A stretch of DNA of 64,000 nt from Octopus vulgaris (taxonomy: Eukaryota), in NCBI GenBank assembly GCA_951406725.2, contig OX597831.1, positions 5,146,001-5,210,000 on the forward strand. Reading direction: 5' to 3'. Below the pieces are notes generated by a model. That model saw nothing but the letters and a program-made list of their open reading frames with translations, searched no databases and had not been told where the DNA came from. Both the position numbers and the translations under genes were made by a program. The first letter of the stretch is position 1. Each line of letters begins with the position of its first letter. Shown one piece after another: positions 13,921-29,101 of the stretch.

Positions 13921-14843
13921 AAACACAACAAAAGCTATAAAACAAGTGTAATCCAGACTAAAACTAGAACAAAACGATGGCAAAAAAAGCCCCTTCATGG
14001 CAAATACTGGACTAAACTAAATGCAAAAGAAATAGACAAAGAAAAATCCCAGCAATGGTTGAGAAGCTCAGGACTCAAAGCAGAGACAGAGGGATTTTTA
14101 ATTGCAGCACAAGACCAAAGCCTCCCCACCAGAAATTACCAAAAACATGTAATGAAAAGAAATATAACAAGTAACTGCAGAATATGTGGAGATGGACAAG
14201 AAACAATAAATCATATTGTCTCTGGCTGCCCAGTCCTGGCTTAGAAGGAATATATTCACAGACACGGCAGAGGTGGGACCTACATACACTGGAAGATATG
14301 CCAACATTATGGAATAACAACAGAAAAAAGATGGTATAAGCACACGCCAGAAAAGGTCACAGAAAACTAGAAAGCAACCATACTCTGGGATATGCCAATA
14401 CACATAGATTAGAGAAATTAAGGTCAATAGGCCTGATACAGTTGTCAGAGATCATGAAGAAAAAAATTGCTTTCTAATTCATGTATCAATACCAGCAGAT
14501 GACAACGTGGCTCTGAAAGAAATGGAGAAGCTTTCAAAATACAAAGACCTGGAAATAGAGGTAACTAGAATGTGGAATCTAAAAACAGAAACAATTCCTA
14601 TCATAGTAGGTGCATTAGGCATGATAAAAAAATATTCAGACAAATACATAACAAAAACACCAGGACTTACAAACACATATAACATACAGAAAATTGCACT
14701 ACTAGGCACTGCACACATCCTACGCAGAACACTTTCAATACAGTAACCATCAGAGCATCACAACAAATCACAGCACATACCCAAGGCACACAGAGCTGCG
14801 CTCGGTAGTGAAGTGAAAGCACGCTATAAAAAATATACTACTG
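13921..14843 (+). mobile_element. 5'-truncated R4/Dong-clade non-LTR retrotransposon (zinc knuckle plus restriction-like endonuclease), copy 1, pseudogenised
   Basis: KPLHGKYW, ETEGFLIAAQDQ, CCHC knuckle CRICGDGQETINHIVSGC, RH..., PD..D, EKLSKYKDL, PIIVGALG, QKIALLGTAHILRR*. 3' UTR ends in (TAA)n and the left flank is (TAA)n/(GAA)n; Dong elements are known TAA-repeat targeters. Confidence 0.85.
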
Positions 14844-14860
14844 AATAATAATAATAATAA

Positions 14861-15103
14861 CGGTTTCAAATTTTACCACTAGGGCAGCCATTATGGGGGA
14901 GGGAATGAGTTTATTACATCGACCCCAGTGTTCGGATGTTACTTAATTTATAGACCCCGAAAGGTTGAAAGGCGAAGTGGACATAGGCGGCATTTGAACT
15001 CAGAGCATAAAACCGGACGAAATGCCGCGAAGCATTTTGCCCGGCGTGCTAACGATTCTGCCAGCTCACCGCCTTAAATAACAACATCATCAACAACAAC
15101 GGC

Positions 15104-15188
<85 letters not shown>

Positions 15189-16109
15189 GAAAAGAAATAT
15201 TACAAGTAACTGCAGAATATGTGGAGATGGACAAGAAACAATAAATCATATTATCTCTAGCTGCCCAGTCCTGGCTAAGAAGGAATATATTCACAGACAT
15301 GACAGAGTTGGAACCTACATACATTGGAAGCTATGCCAACATTATGGAATAACAACAGAAAAAAGATGGTATAGGCACACACCAGAAAAGGTCACAGAAA
15401 ACGAGAAAGCAACCATACTCTGGGATATGCCGATACACACAGATAGAGAAATTAAGGCCAACAGACCAGATATAGTTGTCAGAGATCATGAAGAAAAAAA
15501 TGCTTTTTAATTGATGTATCAATACCGGCAGATGACAACGTGTCTCTAAAAGAAATGGAGAAACTCTCAAAATACAAAGACCTGGAAATAGAGGTAACTA
15601 GAATGTGGAATCTGAAAACAGAAACAATTCCTATCATAGTAGGTGCATTAGGCATGATAAAAAAATATTCAGACAAATACATAACAAAAACACCAGGACT
15701 TACAAACACATATAACATACAGAAAATTGCACTACTAGGCACTGCCCACATCCTACGCAGAACACTTTCCATACAGTAACCATCAGAGCATCACAACAAA
15801 TCACAGCACATACCCAAGGCACACAGAGCTGCGCTCGGTAGTGAAGTGAAAGCACGCTATAAAAAATATACTACTGAATAATAATAATAATAACGGTTTC
15901 AAATTTTACCACTAGGGCAGCCATTATGGGGGAGGGAATGAGTTTATTACATCGACCCCAGTGTTCGGATGTTACTTAATTTATAGACCCCGAAAGGTTG
16001 AAAGGCGAAGTGGACATAGGCGGCATTTGAACTCAGAGCATAAAACCGGACGAAATGCCGCGAAGCATTTTGCCCGGCGTGCTAACGATTCTGCCAGCTC
16101 ACCGCCTTA
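14861..16109 (-). mobile_element. Two identical SINE B copies (14861-15076 and 15893-16109), one after each Dong fragment
   Basis: Both share the same private substitutions; offset 1033 bp. Confidence 0.85.
15189..15876 (+). mobile_element. R4/Dong-clade fragment, copy 2, closer to intact consensus
   Basis: CRICGDGQETINHIISSC, HRHDRVG, RPDIVVRD, LIDVSIP; flanked by (TAA)n on both sides. Confidence 0.85.
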
Positions 16110-16136
16110 AATAACAACATCATCAACAACAACGGC

Positions 16137-16847
<711 letters not shown>

Positions 16848-17292
16848 CGCAATAACGAGGGATTATAGTAGCTTGTCGAAGTGAGTTGAAAAGTTGAGCA
16901 ATTAGATTGACTTAAGTTATTGAATTAAAATCCTTCTGCCATGTTAAAATAGTTTGGTAAAGAGATTTATATGAATATGGGATTTGAGATTTGTGTCAAG
17001 GTCAACAGAAAGAAACAGTTTTAAATATTAAATCCTAACTGTATTAACATATATACACAGCAAGAAATGTAGCAGCCAGTAACAAACGCGCACACACATA
17101 TATATATAGTATACATACACATACACACACAGAAACAAATATGTATATACACTTGTATATACACACACACATATATTCATATATATATATATATACATAT
17201 ATATGTATGTATATATACGTACATACATAAACAAATATGACCATACATATATATACACATACACATATGTTCATACACATATGTATGCACAC

Positions 17293-17323
<31 letters not shown>

Positions 17324-17359
17324 CTGACATTCATACACATATACACATATACATATATA

Positions 17360-17395
<36 letters not shown>

Positions 17396-18124
17396 CATAT
17401 ATGTCTGTATATATATATATACACACATACACGTACATATATACATATATATATGTATATATATACGCATACATATACATATATATATGAATATATATAC
17501 ATATATATATATGTATATATATGTATGTGTATATATGTATGTACATATATATATATATAGAGAGAGAGAGATGTATGTATATATAAATATATGTGAATAT
17601 ATATACATATATATGTGCATATATATATATATATATATATATACATATGTATAAATGTATATATGTATATGGATATATATATGTATGTATAGGTATGTAT
17701 GTATGTATGTATGTATGTATATGTATATATGTATGTATACATGTATATTGTGCTTCTTGCATGACACAAATGAATGTAAAAAACTAATCAGATTTTCAAA
17801 TGAATCTTTCACATTTACAAGCGACGCTGGGTGGGTCGGATTTTGGTTGGGAGCCGGTTACATTAGGCTGCTCGCTACATGTAAACTACATCAGTTAAAA
17901 GAATCTGGCGTATGTTTTTTTTTTCTTTTTTCTTAAATTAAATGCGCTGAATTTCTGAACCTGGAGTCGACACCTCGTAATCATGTGGATTCGGGTTCGA
18001 TCCCATTTCGCCACATTTGGATATAAACTTCTGTATTATAGTCTCGGGCGGAATTTTGTTGCCTGAAATTGAAACCAGGAAACTGGAGCTATGTAGAAGC
18101 TCGTCAGCAACAGACGTATATTCG

Positions 18125-18253
<129 letters not shown>

Positions 18254-19280
18254 CAGATAAAAGAGGGTGGGAGAAGACGAAGGTAGATTTGGGATGCGGT
18301 GAGGGAAAGGACGAGAGGTGGGGAAGAGACGACAGATGTGGGGCAAAGGAAATTGGTTCCAGTTAATTGGCTGTCATTTATCGACCCTTAAAGGTTAACA
18401 GGTGAGTCGGATTTCAGGTGGTAGACGACCAGAAAGAACACCAGAACACATTATATGTCCAACGCTGCTACAATTCTGTGAATTCGCCAATTCAAAAAAA
18501 AAAAAAAAAAGTTGAGGATTGAATTTTGAGAAAGTTTTAATGGAGGAAACTGTTCAGATCGCCAGCGACTTTCGATGGTTCCAAATGCCTGGGGACCGAT
18601 TAACACCAACTCAACTCTTTTTTTGCTTCGTTCCCTGTCTATATTTTCACCTCACATATTCTACCAACAATGTGTAATTGTGAGCATTTGCCTGAGTAGA
18701 GATTCTCTATCCACATAGTAAGCGTACCCCATAGCACATAGTACATTGTAGACATATTGCGTACACATTAGGAAAAAAAAAAAAACAGGATCAAATTTCC
18801 TCCATGTGCCATAGACTCATAAGGCGGGTGTCACAAATTCTGTAGAATTTATATTCTCCCTTTGACACAGGATTACTCATTTTTGCCAGCTGAGTGAACT
18901 GGAGCAATGTCAAATAAAGTGGTTTGCTCAAGAACATACTGCATCGCCCAGCCCAGAAATCGAAACCACAACCTTTACGATCATGAGTACAACACCCTAA
19001 CCACTACGCTACGCACCTCCACCATAATAAAAGACGTTTCCATAAACATTACATAGACGTCCCCTATACGCATTGTTTAATAGCCATACACCATACATGT
19101 TGCGTAATGGACGTTATCCATGTGAGTGGCTGTGTGGTAAGTAGCTTGCTTACCAACAACATGGTTCCGTGTTCAGTCCCACTGCGTGGCAACTTGGGCC
19201 CAGTGTCTTCTACTATAGCCTCGGGTCGACCAAAGCCTTGTGAGTGGATTTGGTAGACGGAAACTGAAAGAAGCCGGTCG

Positions 19281-19353
<73 letters not shown>

Positions 19354-19613
19354 TGAGGGAGATAAATTAATATTAATTTTAATATCAATTTAAAACCAGT
19401 AGTCCAGCATTCAAAAAATCTGAGGAGTCAGAGAAAATTCAAATATATGTGTATATTGGCAGGGCTGGCCTGCTAGGTAGCCGGCCAGAATGCTAGAAAT
19501 AGATCATCAACGATCAAACTACAAGGGAAATTCTCTAGAGGAAGAATTCAGCGAACACCAGAACCAAATTTGGCGGGCAGGACATATGAAAAATTAAATA
19601 AAAAACAGACTTA

Positions 19614-19689
19614 AATGCATACCTCGGTTTCGGTCTTAACAAAAGAATTACTTGCATAATTCAAGTGTCCGTGACTTCTTCAGTACATT
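19614..19689 (-). ncRNA. Type I hammerhead ribozyme with minimal stem III
   Basis: Reverse complement of the motif at 20590-20665. Confidence 0.72.
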
Positions 19690-20589
19690 CGGTCCTCGAG
19701 ATGCAAACCGCAAGACTAACCCCAGCTCTCTGTGTCAAGACAGACACGTGCTTAGTCTTACTGATTACATCGGGAATAAAATTTCAAATGTCTTGGTTCC
19801 GGCGCGCTAAGAGACTCCTGAAGCGAAGGGCTGCAGTGAATAATTCACTGCGGGTAAAGCTTACTACTAGGGAACGTATTTATTTAAATATTTAAAAATT
19901 GAGGGAGATAAATTAATATTAATTTTAATATCAATTTAAAACCAGTAGTCCAGCATTCAAAAAATCTGAGGAGTCAGAGAAAATTCAAATATATGTGTAT
20001 ATTGGCAGGGCTGGCCTGCTAGGTAGCCGGCCAGAATGCTAGAAATAGATCATCAACGATCAAACTACAAGGGAAATTCTCTAGAGGAAGAATTCAGCGA
20101 ACACCAGAACCAAATTTGGCGTGCAGGACATATGAAAAATTAAATAAAAAACAGACTTAAATGCATTGGTTCTGGTGTTCGCTGAATTCTTCCTCTAGAG
20201 AATTTCCCTTGTAGTTTGATCGTTGATGATCTATTTCTAGCATTCTGGCCGGCTACCTAGCAGGCCAGCCCTGCCAATATACACATATATTTGAATTTCC
20301 TCTGACTCCTCAGATTTTTTGAATGCTGGACTACTGGTTTTAAATTGATATTAAAATTAATATTAATTTATCTCCCTCAATTTTTAAATATTTAAATAAA
20401 TACGTTCCCTAGTAGTAAGCTTTACCTGCAGTGAATTATTCACTGCAGCCCTTCGCTTCAGGAGTCTCTTAGCGCGCCGGAACCAAGACATTTGAAATTT
20501 TATTCCCGATGTAATCAGTAAGACTAAGCACGTGTCTGTCTTGACACAGAGAGCTGGGGTTAGTCTTGCGGTTTGCATCTCGAGGACCG

Positions 20590-20665
20590 AATGTACTGAA
20601 GAAGTCACGGACACTTGAATTATGCAAGTAATTCTTTTGTTAAGACCGAAACCGAGGTATGCATT
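20590..20665 (+). ncRNA. Type I hammerhead ribozyme with minimal stem III, predicted cleavage after GUA at 20659
   Basis: Stem I AAUGUA/UGCAUU; core CUGAAGA (20596-20602); stem II (A)GUC...GAC(C) with inner hairpin; GAAA (20648-20651); stem III ACC-GA-GGU; H17=A. Confidence 0.72.
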
Positions 20666-20798
20666 TAAGTCTGTTTTTTATTTAATTTTTCATATGTCCT
20701 GCCCGCCAAATTTGGTTCTGGTGTTCGCTGAATTCTTCCTCTAGAGAATTTCCCTTGTAGTTTGATCGTTGATGATCTATTTCTAGCATTCTGGCCGG

Positions 20799-20848
<50 letters not shown>

Positions 20849-22602
20849 TTGTGTGTCTGCGTTTGTCACCAAAAACATCGCTTGACAACCGATGCTGGTG
20901 TGTTTACGACCCCGTAAATTAGCCGTTCGGCAAAAGAAACCCATAGAATAAGTACTAGGCTTTCAGAGAATAAGTCCTGGAGTCGATTTGCTCGATTAAA
21001 GGCGGTGCTCCAGCATGGCCGCAGTCAAATTACTGAAACAAGTAAAAGAGTAAGAGCAGACGTACCCCATACACATTATATAGTCGACGTGCTGCATATA
21101 CATTGCATGGAAGAAGTACACCATACGCACTGCAGAGCTGTTGTACTCCTTATTCATGTTATGCTGACGGAACTGTCATTTTTCAAATCAGCTTCTGAAC
21201 ACTATTGTCTCGGTTCCTATACTTCATAGAGGCGGTTACCTGGTTTCTATCGTGTATAAGTGACCTGGATTACAATAATCCTCTTCGAATGCGACACCAG
21301 TCCATTGCAGGGTCACCTGTATACTGCCGAGTGAACTGGAGCAAGAAGAAATAAAGCGTTTTGCTCGAGTATAAAGCGCACCGCCCTTTCTGGGAATCGA
21401 AAGCACTATCTCGCTGTCGTGAATGTAAGATCCTAGTCACTAGGTCATGCGCTTTCATGGGTGACTCAAAAGTTCTATCATGTTACCGAGTCGGGTTTTC
21501 TTTCTATTAATTGTTCTGCCGCGAGCTACGAACGATCCAAATGGAAGGGAATTCGTTCCAATGCAAAACAAGTGGATATTTTTCTGTGTGAGATGACGTC
21601 AGATCAACCTCCGATCAAAGCCAGAAACAGCAGTAATATCAACTATCATTCATTCCACCAGTAACAATACGAAACATTAACACGATAGATACAGCAGCTC
21701 TCAGTTCCGGTGTCTCATGATGACGCTCCAGCATGGCCACAATACCCTGGTTGATTAAGACAGTAAAAGAAAAGTCAATTTCTTGAGTGGACGTCATCAC
21801 TTCTGATATTTCGCATTGGTTTATTTACCAAAAAAAATTTTTAATGAAGAACAACAAAGAGTCTCACTCGTAATTAATATTCAAGTTGAACTCAATTAAC
21901 AAATAATATTGCTAATTAACAAATGGTATTGCTAATTAGGCGAAATGAAAGTAGAAGTTTAAAGAGGAAAATACCAACAGCCATGAAATGAAAGTGAATA
22001 TGTTTATAGTGTTATAGCGTCATCATCGTCATCTTTGTATCACCGTCATCGCCGCCGACATTATTGCCACCATCATCATCATCATCATCGTCGTCATCGT
22101 CGCCTTTGCACCATTATCATCAACGTCGCCATTACTCTCCTCCTCCTCATCATCATCGTCTCCGTTATCATCCTCATCCTCGTCGACACCATTATCATCA
22201 TAGCATCATCGTCGATGCTATTATGAACATTGTTATCATCTTTGTCGCCATTATCATCATTGTCATCGCCTCTTTCATCGCCGTCATCGTCATCAATATT
22301 ATATTCATCGTCGTCATCATCATCATCATCATCATCTTAGTTCAGGTTCGAGCCTACAAGTAGTTATCACTCCCCATTCTAATACATCCTACCATCTTAA
22401 AATGATGAATGGCATTGAATAATGGAATTCTAGATAGACTGTATTCTTTTATTCCTTTGTTCTTTTATTCTTTTACTTGTCTCAGTCATTTGAGTGCGGC
22501 CACACTGGAGTACCGCCTTGAAGGATTTTAGTCTAACAATTCGACCGCAGGACATAGTATGTATGTATGTATGTATGTATGTATGTATGTATGTATGTAT
22601 GC

Positions 22603-22695
<93 letters not shown>

Positions 22696-22718
22696 GGGAG
22701 AGATAGACAGAGACAGAC

Positions 22719-22842
<124 letters not shown>

Positions 22843-23419
22843 TTATGTGTGTGTGTGTCTTTGCATCTTTGTCCCCTTTCACCGCTTCACAACCGGTTAT
22901 TATCGAACACGGAATCGTGAGGTTAGTAGCCCACTACGCCATATGCCCGTGAGCAATTATGGAGTGAATTTTAGGGCTTATATATCTAATATTCTCCTAT
23001 CCTTCCTTAATACCGGTTCCCATATGCTGTTCATATCTGCACTCGGTCTGTTGTTATGTCCTAGCAGTGGTGTTCTCTGTCTATTATTTTTATTCTATTG
23101 GTCTTTTTTGCCGAACCGCTAAGTTACGGGGACGTAAACACACCAACATTAGGGGCTTGTAGACAGAGTATTGTTTCCTTCATGACGACGTTCCTTTGAT
23201 AACTACTGTATGAATAAATGCATAGTTTAGCATACCTCTACAACTGATAAAAACGATTGTACTGTCTTACAGTGGTGCAACAGAAAACACATTTAAGAGA
23301 CGACAGTACCTAAACATGCACTTTTTCAGACACCAACGATCACAGATGGTCTGCGGATACACAACAACAACATTATAAATTTTTTCGTAAAAACTGTTTT
23401 GCCAAGGCTCTCCGTAAGA

Positions 23420-23785
23420 AAGATTATTCTGCACCTCATACCAAACCAGAATATATTCTCACCTTTAAAAATAAATAATTCCAAAGAAACATTCCAATAA
23501 AATTAGCAATCGGGAAACAAAGACAAAGTCTTAATATTGCTGTTCAGGACAGAGAACCAACTGCTTTAGTGTATGATCTACCACAATACCCGCATTCTAC
23601 GCTGTGAAATGACCTGATCTGGGTTAAAAACAGGTTTGAGGTTTAGGATTAGGGCTTAGGTTTAAGGTTAGACTGCACGTTAAAGATATGAATTGCCAGT
23701 TATACAGCATACTAAACTAATACCCGGAAAACAAATCATCTGCCCATTTACAGAAGTCACCTGCTTAGGTGATGCAAATATATAT
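23420..23785 (+). pseudogene. Possible Helitron/Helentron remnant (helicase C-terminal trace, TTAGGG-like run, terminal hairpin)
   Basis: FQRNIPIKLAIGKQRQSLNIA resembles the Pif1 motif QFPIKLAFAMTINKSQGQSL; TCACCT-GCTT-AGGTGA hairpin at ~23757. Confidence 0.35.
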
Positions 23786-23845
23786 ATATATTATTTATAT
23801 TATATGCATATATATATATGTATGTATGTATGTATGTGTGTGTAT

Positions 23846-23888
<43 letters not shown>

Positions 23889-23890
23889 TA

Positions 23891-24164
23891 TCACGTGATC
23901 ACGTGACCGACCAGACCATCAGATGTTGTTAAACATCGCAGGTCACAATGCGTTCGCAATGACGCCATCCCGCTGGCTAAGCGAGCAGGCCAACAGAAGA
24001 AAGAGTGGTGAAAGAGTACAGCAGGGATCACCACCCACTACCGGAGCGTCGTGGAGCTTTTAGGTGTTTTCGCTCAATAAACACTCAAAACGCCCGGTCT
24101 GGGAATCGAAACCGCGATCCTAGGACCGCGAGTCCGCTGCCCTAACCACTGGGCTATTGCGCCT

Positions 24165-24166
<2 letters not shown>
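23891..24166 (-). mobile_element. SINE family C, tail type 1 (ends CACGTGATCACGTGA)
   Basis: Head GGAGGCGCAATAGCCCAGTGGTTAGGGCAGCGGACTCGCGG...GGTTTCGATTCCC. Confidence 0.85.
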
Positions 24167-24232
<66 letters not shown>

Positions 24233-25478
24233 GTATATATATATATATGTATATCCATATATTTATATTATATATATATACTTGTGTGTGACTGTGTTTG
24301 TTTGTCACTCACCTCTGCTGGACAACCGGTGTTGGTGAGTTCACGTTCCCGTAACTTAGTGCTTCGGCAAAACATACTCACTGAATAAGTACCATGTTTG
24401 AAGTAAAAATTAGTACCGGGGTCGATTTATGGGACTAAATGTCTCTTCTAGGCTGTGCCCCAGCATGGCCGCAATCTGATGAACGAAACAAGCAAAAGGT
24501 AAGCACATGATGAGATATCGTCAAAGGATTACAGGTGTTCAAGCGAATCGACGAGTGACGGAGAAAGTGAACAGATGGGTTTCTAAGAATGAGGGAGAGA
24601 GAGAGGGGGGGTAGGAGAAACTTTGAACTATAGTAAATTGTTATAGAGCGTCTTTTGCCACTGTGTTTTGACAACGGTTGTCTCTCTGACAGATATTGTC
24701 GTATTCCGAAGTCGTCGACAGAATGGTTCTATCTGGCACTGTACAATCCCAGTGCTATTATCCTCAAGCGATTGGGTCGATATAACGTCCACTCAGTATC
24801 ACAGTATAATTACTATATCAGCACAGACACGACTATCAACACAGGCTACACGTACTCTGTCGTCCGGCTACTGGTCTATTCATAAAGGCTGGGACTACCA
24901 CTTTTTACCGGGAGGGGTGTACAGTTTCACAATACAACATAAATGTAATTTATCGTTGCTAAAATCCAGATGGAGTAAATAAGCGAGAGGGTAAGAGATC
25001 GTTGTATTCACAAACACCATCTTTAAGAGACAAATTGGAACTTAGAGTTCATCCTAAACAGTGGAGAGGGGTTGCGAACAGAGAATAAGAAATCCGCATT
25101 TCGGGAGAAATGTGGTTTACATGTAAACAGCTATGCCAATTAAAGTACCTAAAATAAACATTTAACTTTATTTTCCTTATTAATTGGAACCACAGGATAT
25201 GCAAGAGCCCACTTCAATCAAAAAAAATAGCAGAATTTGTAGTCTTGGAGAAGGAACAAGTAAGATTCCATCATTCACGATAATTGGGGCAATGTATCTC
25301 TCGAAGACTTTTCACATTGGAAGAATGAATGGTTGCACGATGAAGGACTAAGACGAGATTCTATACAACCTTCTCACCGACCAGGTTGAAATAATCTCAA
25401 GCATTTGAATCAGGAAGAAAACATGCATACATTGTGTATATGTATGTATCTGTGTGTTGTGCGCACAAGTGTGTGTAA

Positions 25479-25515
<37 letters not shown>

Positions 25516-25618
25516 CATACATACATACATACATACATACAAATATGTATGTATACATGCGTATATGTATATATGCATATATACACACAGACATACACAC
25601 ACACACACACACAGACAT

Positions 25619-25649
<31 letters not shown>

Positions 25650-25765
25650 CATACACACATACACACATACACACATACATTCCACAAGCATGTCTTCTCA
25701 CAGACCATATAAAACACTTGAATACATAGAATTGCTAACGTGTTAACACAGCAAGACATTGTCAA

Positions 25766-25802
<37 letters not shown>

Positions 25803-25830
25803 GACACACACACACACACACACACAGACA

Positions 25831-25884
<54 letters not shown>

Positions 25885-25888
25885 GACA

Positions 25889-25950
<62 letters not shown>

Positions 25951-25991
25951 AACACACACACACACGCACACACACACACACACGCACACAA

Positions 25992-26024
<33 letters not shown>

Positions 26025-26457
26025 CACACACACATCTGTGTTTATGCATATTAACACACACACACTCGCACACACACACACACTGGGAATACAGCATTCA
26101 GTCTTTGAGATTTCAGTTGAAGTTCTGCCACTAGCAGTAACATAGATCCCATAACATATTTCTCTCTTGCTATTTCCTCCAGATGGTAAAGACATTGTCA
26201 AACAGCGGTGAAAATGTTTTCACTTTATTTTATTTTTATTTTATTTTATTTTTATTTTATTTTATTTTATTTTATTATATTCATTCTCTCACAATTTATC
26301 CTACACATTTTTGTTAATCTGAGATCGTACACACACACACACACACACGCATACACACACGCTCACACACGCTCACACACGCACATACGTGTAATCAGTC
26401 TCATTGAGACCCGCTACCCGATGGTATAGACATGTATGTATATGTCTTTCTCGAACC

Positions 26458-26598
<141 letters not shown>

Positions 26599-26655
26599 TA
26601 TATACATATATATGTTTATATACATATATATATACATATATATATATACATATAC

Positions 26656-26691
<36 letters not shown>

Positions 26692-26884
26692 GAATGCATG
26701 TATGTATTTATATGTATATGTACTTATATATATAGATGTGTGCGTGTGTACACATATATATGTATGTATGTATATATACATATACGTACATATATATATT
26801 TATTTATTTATTTACTAATGCATATAAAAATATTTAATATTTTAATGCACAATTACACATTTGCCCCTGTATATATAATATGTG

Positions 26885-26920
<36 letters not shown>

Positions 26921-27424
26921 GTGTGTGTGTGCGTGTGTGTATGCATGATGTAACAAAACTGAAAAAAAAAAAATTTCGCGACATAAATGTATTAAAATAC
27001 ACACCTCTGTCTGTCTCGCTCACACTCATGTGCACACACATGCGAACACACGTGTGTGTATGCCTCTCTCTCTCTCTCTCTCTCCCCATCTACCTATCTA
27101 TCTCTGTATATATTTGTGTGTGTGTGTGCCAGTGTATGCGTGTGTTGTGTTTGTATGGACACACACACGCATATATATACATATGTGTATATCAATGTGT
27201 GTGTGTTTATATATATATATAATATAATACAATATATATATGTAAAGAGAGAGAGAGAGAGAGAGAGAGAGACATGGGAGTGAAAGGGAGACAGAGCGAG
27301 AGAGAAAGAAAGCCAGACAGACAGATACAGACAGCAGCAGAGACTGACATATATATATATATAACACTGGGTGGTGTTGCGGCTGTACGTTCAAGTGATT
27401 CTGTTACCACTGCATGTCTCTCTG

Positions 27425-27493
<69 letters not shown>

Positions 27494-27511
27494 ATATTTA
27501 TCTATCTATCT

Positions 27512-28203
27512 GAGGATGAGAATAGAGAGGAAGGCTTTGTCGAGGCCAAAACTGAATACATAAACAAGTGCCTGTCCAACAGTGATTGCATCATCCACAC
27601 TCTCAACAGTGCACCTTTAAATATGGTTTCTGATTATAAATATCTTGGGTCATACATATCATCATCTGGAAAAGACTTTCTAACTAGAAAGGGTATGGCC
27701 TGGTCAGCCTGTAATGACATGCATAAGATCTGGTCATCAAATCTAAGTAGAGACTTCAAACTTGAAATATTCAAAGCCACAGTCGAACCAATCCTACTAT
27801 ATGGCTCAGAAACCTGGACGTTATCAAAGAAGCTTGAGAGGCGGTTGGATGGAACCTACACTCGCCTCCTTATGAGAGCTCAAAATCTCCCGTGGAGGCG
27901 CCATCCAACTAAAATGCAAATATATGGGAAACTACCACCTGTGTCATCTCTTGTGAAAGGTAGGAGAGTCCAGTTTGCTGGACATTGTTGTAGAGCTGAA
28001 AAAAGAAGTAATTTCTACTCTTCTCCTCTGGAAGCCATCTACTCGCAACACCAGAGGGCGCACACTCTCCTACCCTGATGTAATCTCCAGGGATACAGGC
28101 ATCCAGCAACAGGACCTCCGTAATGCTATGATGGACCGTGAAGTCTGGCGCAACATAGTAAATTCCATTGTCTCGACCACGGTCGAACAATGATGATGAT
28201 GAT
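27512..28203 (+). mobile_element. 5'-truncated RTE-clade LINE 3' end with (TGA)n tail; one frameshift near 28000
   Basis: DYKYLGSYIS, ATVEPILLYGSETWTL, RRVQFAGHCCR, MMDREVWR...VEQ*, followed directly by TGATGATGATGAT. Confidence 0.9.
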
Positions 28204-28633
28204 TGTCGAACGAATGTTTTAATAAAAAGTGGGTAAAAGTGATAAAAATGGTCAGTATGAAAGACGACACTATTTTAAGCGTAAATCTGTGACCAAAAGA
28301 GACAACAAGAGGTAAGGCGACTTACTCATGTGTTCATTTTCGAACTGTCTGAGGTGACCTTGGTCTTTTTTGTAGGTTTTTCTTTCCTGGGCTACACCTA
28401 AACTGTGAACTTTATTTATATATATATATGTATTATATTTTTATACACCACACAACCCACATATCCGTATTGATCGAACTTTTTTTCTTTTTTTTTTTGT
28501 ATGTCTCACCCATCCCACCTCGAAAAGAAAAAACTCTACATTGTATTTCGTCCATTTTTATTCTGTGTTTAGCCCTGTGTGGCCACAATAAAAAGTTATC
28601 TATCTATATATCTATCTATCTATCTATCGATCG

Positions 28634-28721
<88 letters not shown>

Positions 28722-28788
28722 ATCTATCTATCTATCTAGCTAGCTATCTCTCTCTCTCTCTCTCGCTCTCTCTTTCTCACTCTCTCTC

Positions 28789-28834
<46 letters not shown>

Positions 28835-29101
28835 TATACATATGTTTATGTATTTATTTATCTGTATATCTTTCTGTCTCTCTCACTCTGTCTATTTGTC
28901 TGTCTGTCTGTCTGTCTATCTCTCAATCCACCCCACCCCCACTCATATAGATTCTTTCTCTCTCAAATGCATTCATACATCCATATCACGTACTCACATA
29001 TTTCCCGGCATACATGTCACACTTTTCTAACCAAAATTCACCACCACAAAATATAGGTCGGTCTTACTCACCACGACGACTTGGGACAACCAATAATTAA
29101 A

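Larger units (their letters stand above)
19348..20800. mobile_element. Non-autonomous hammerhead-ribozyme retroelement (retrozyme / Penelope pLTR-like): 1.5 direct units of 546 bp plus a 635-bp inverted fold-back
   Basis: GAGGGAGATA recurs at 19355 and 19901 (period 546). 19479-20113 is the near-perfect reverse complement of 20166-20800. (TA)n on both flanks; no credible ORF. Confidence 0.8.
19124..21052 (+). mobile_element. SINE family A interrupted in its central (TA)n by the 1.45-kb ribozyme element
   Basis: 5' half at 19124-19280; 3' half resumes at ~20832 and ends at AGTAAAAGAG (~21050). Confidence 0.87.

Noticed and set aside
19665-19895. 76-aa ORF and its mirror at 20384-20614
   Set aside because: GTG start, no recognisable domain, antisense to the ribozyme; duplicated only because of the inverted repeat.
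23620-23672. Interstitial telomere
   Set aside because: Only a few degenerate TTAGGG-like words; more likely internal to a Helentron-like relic.
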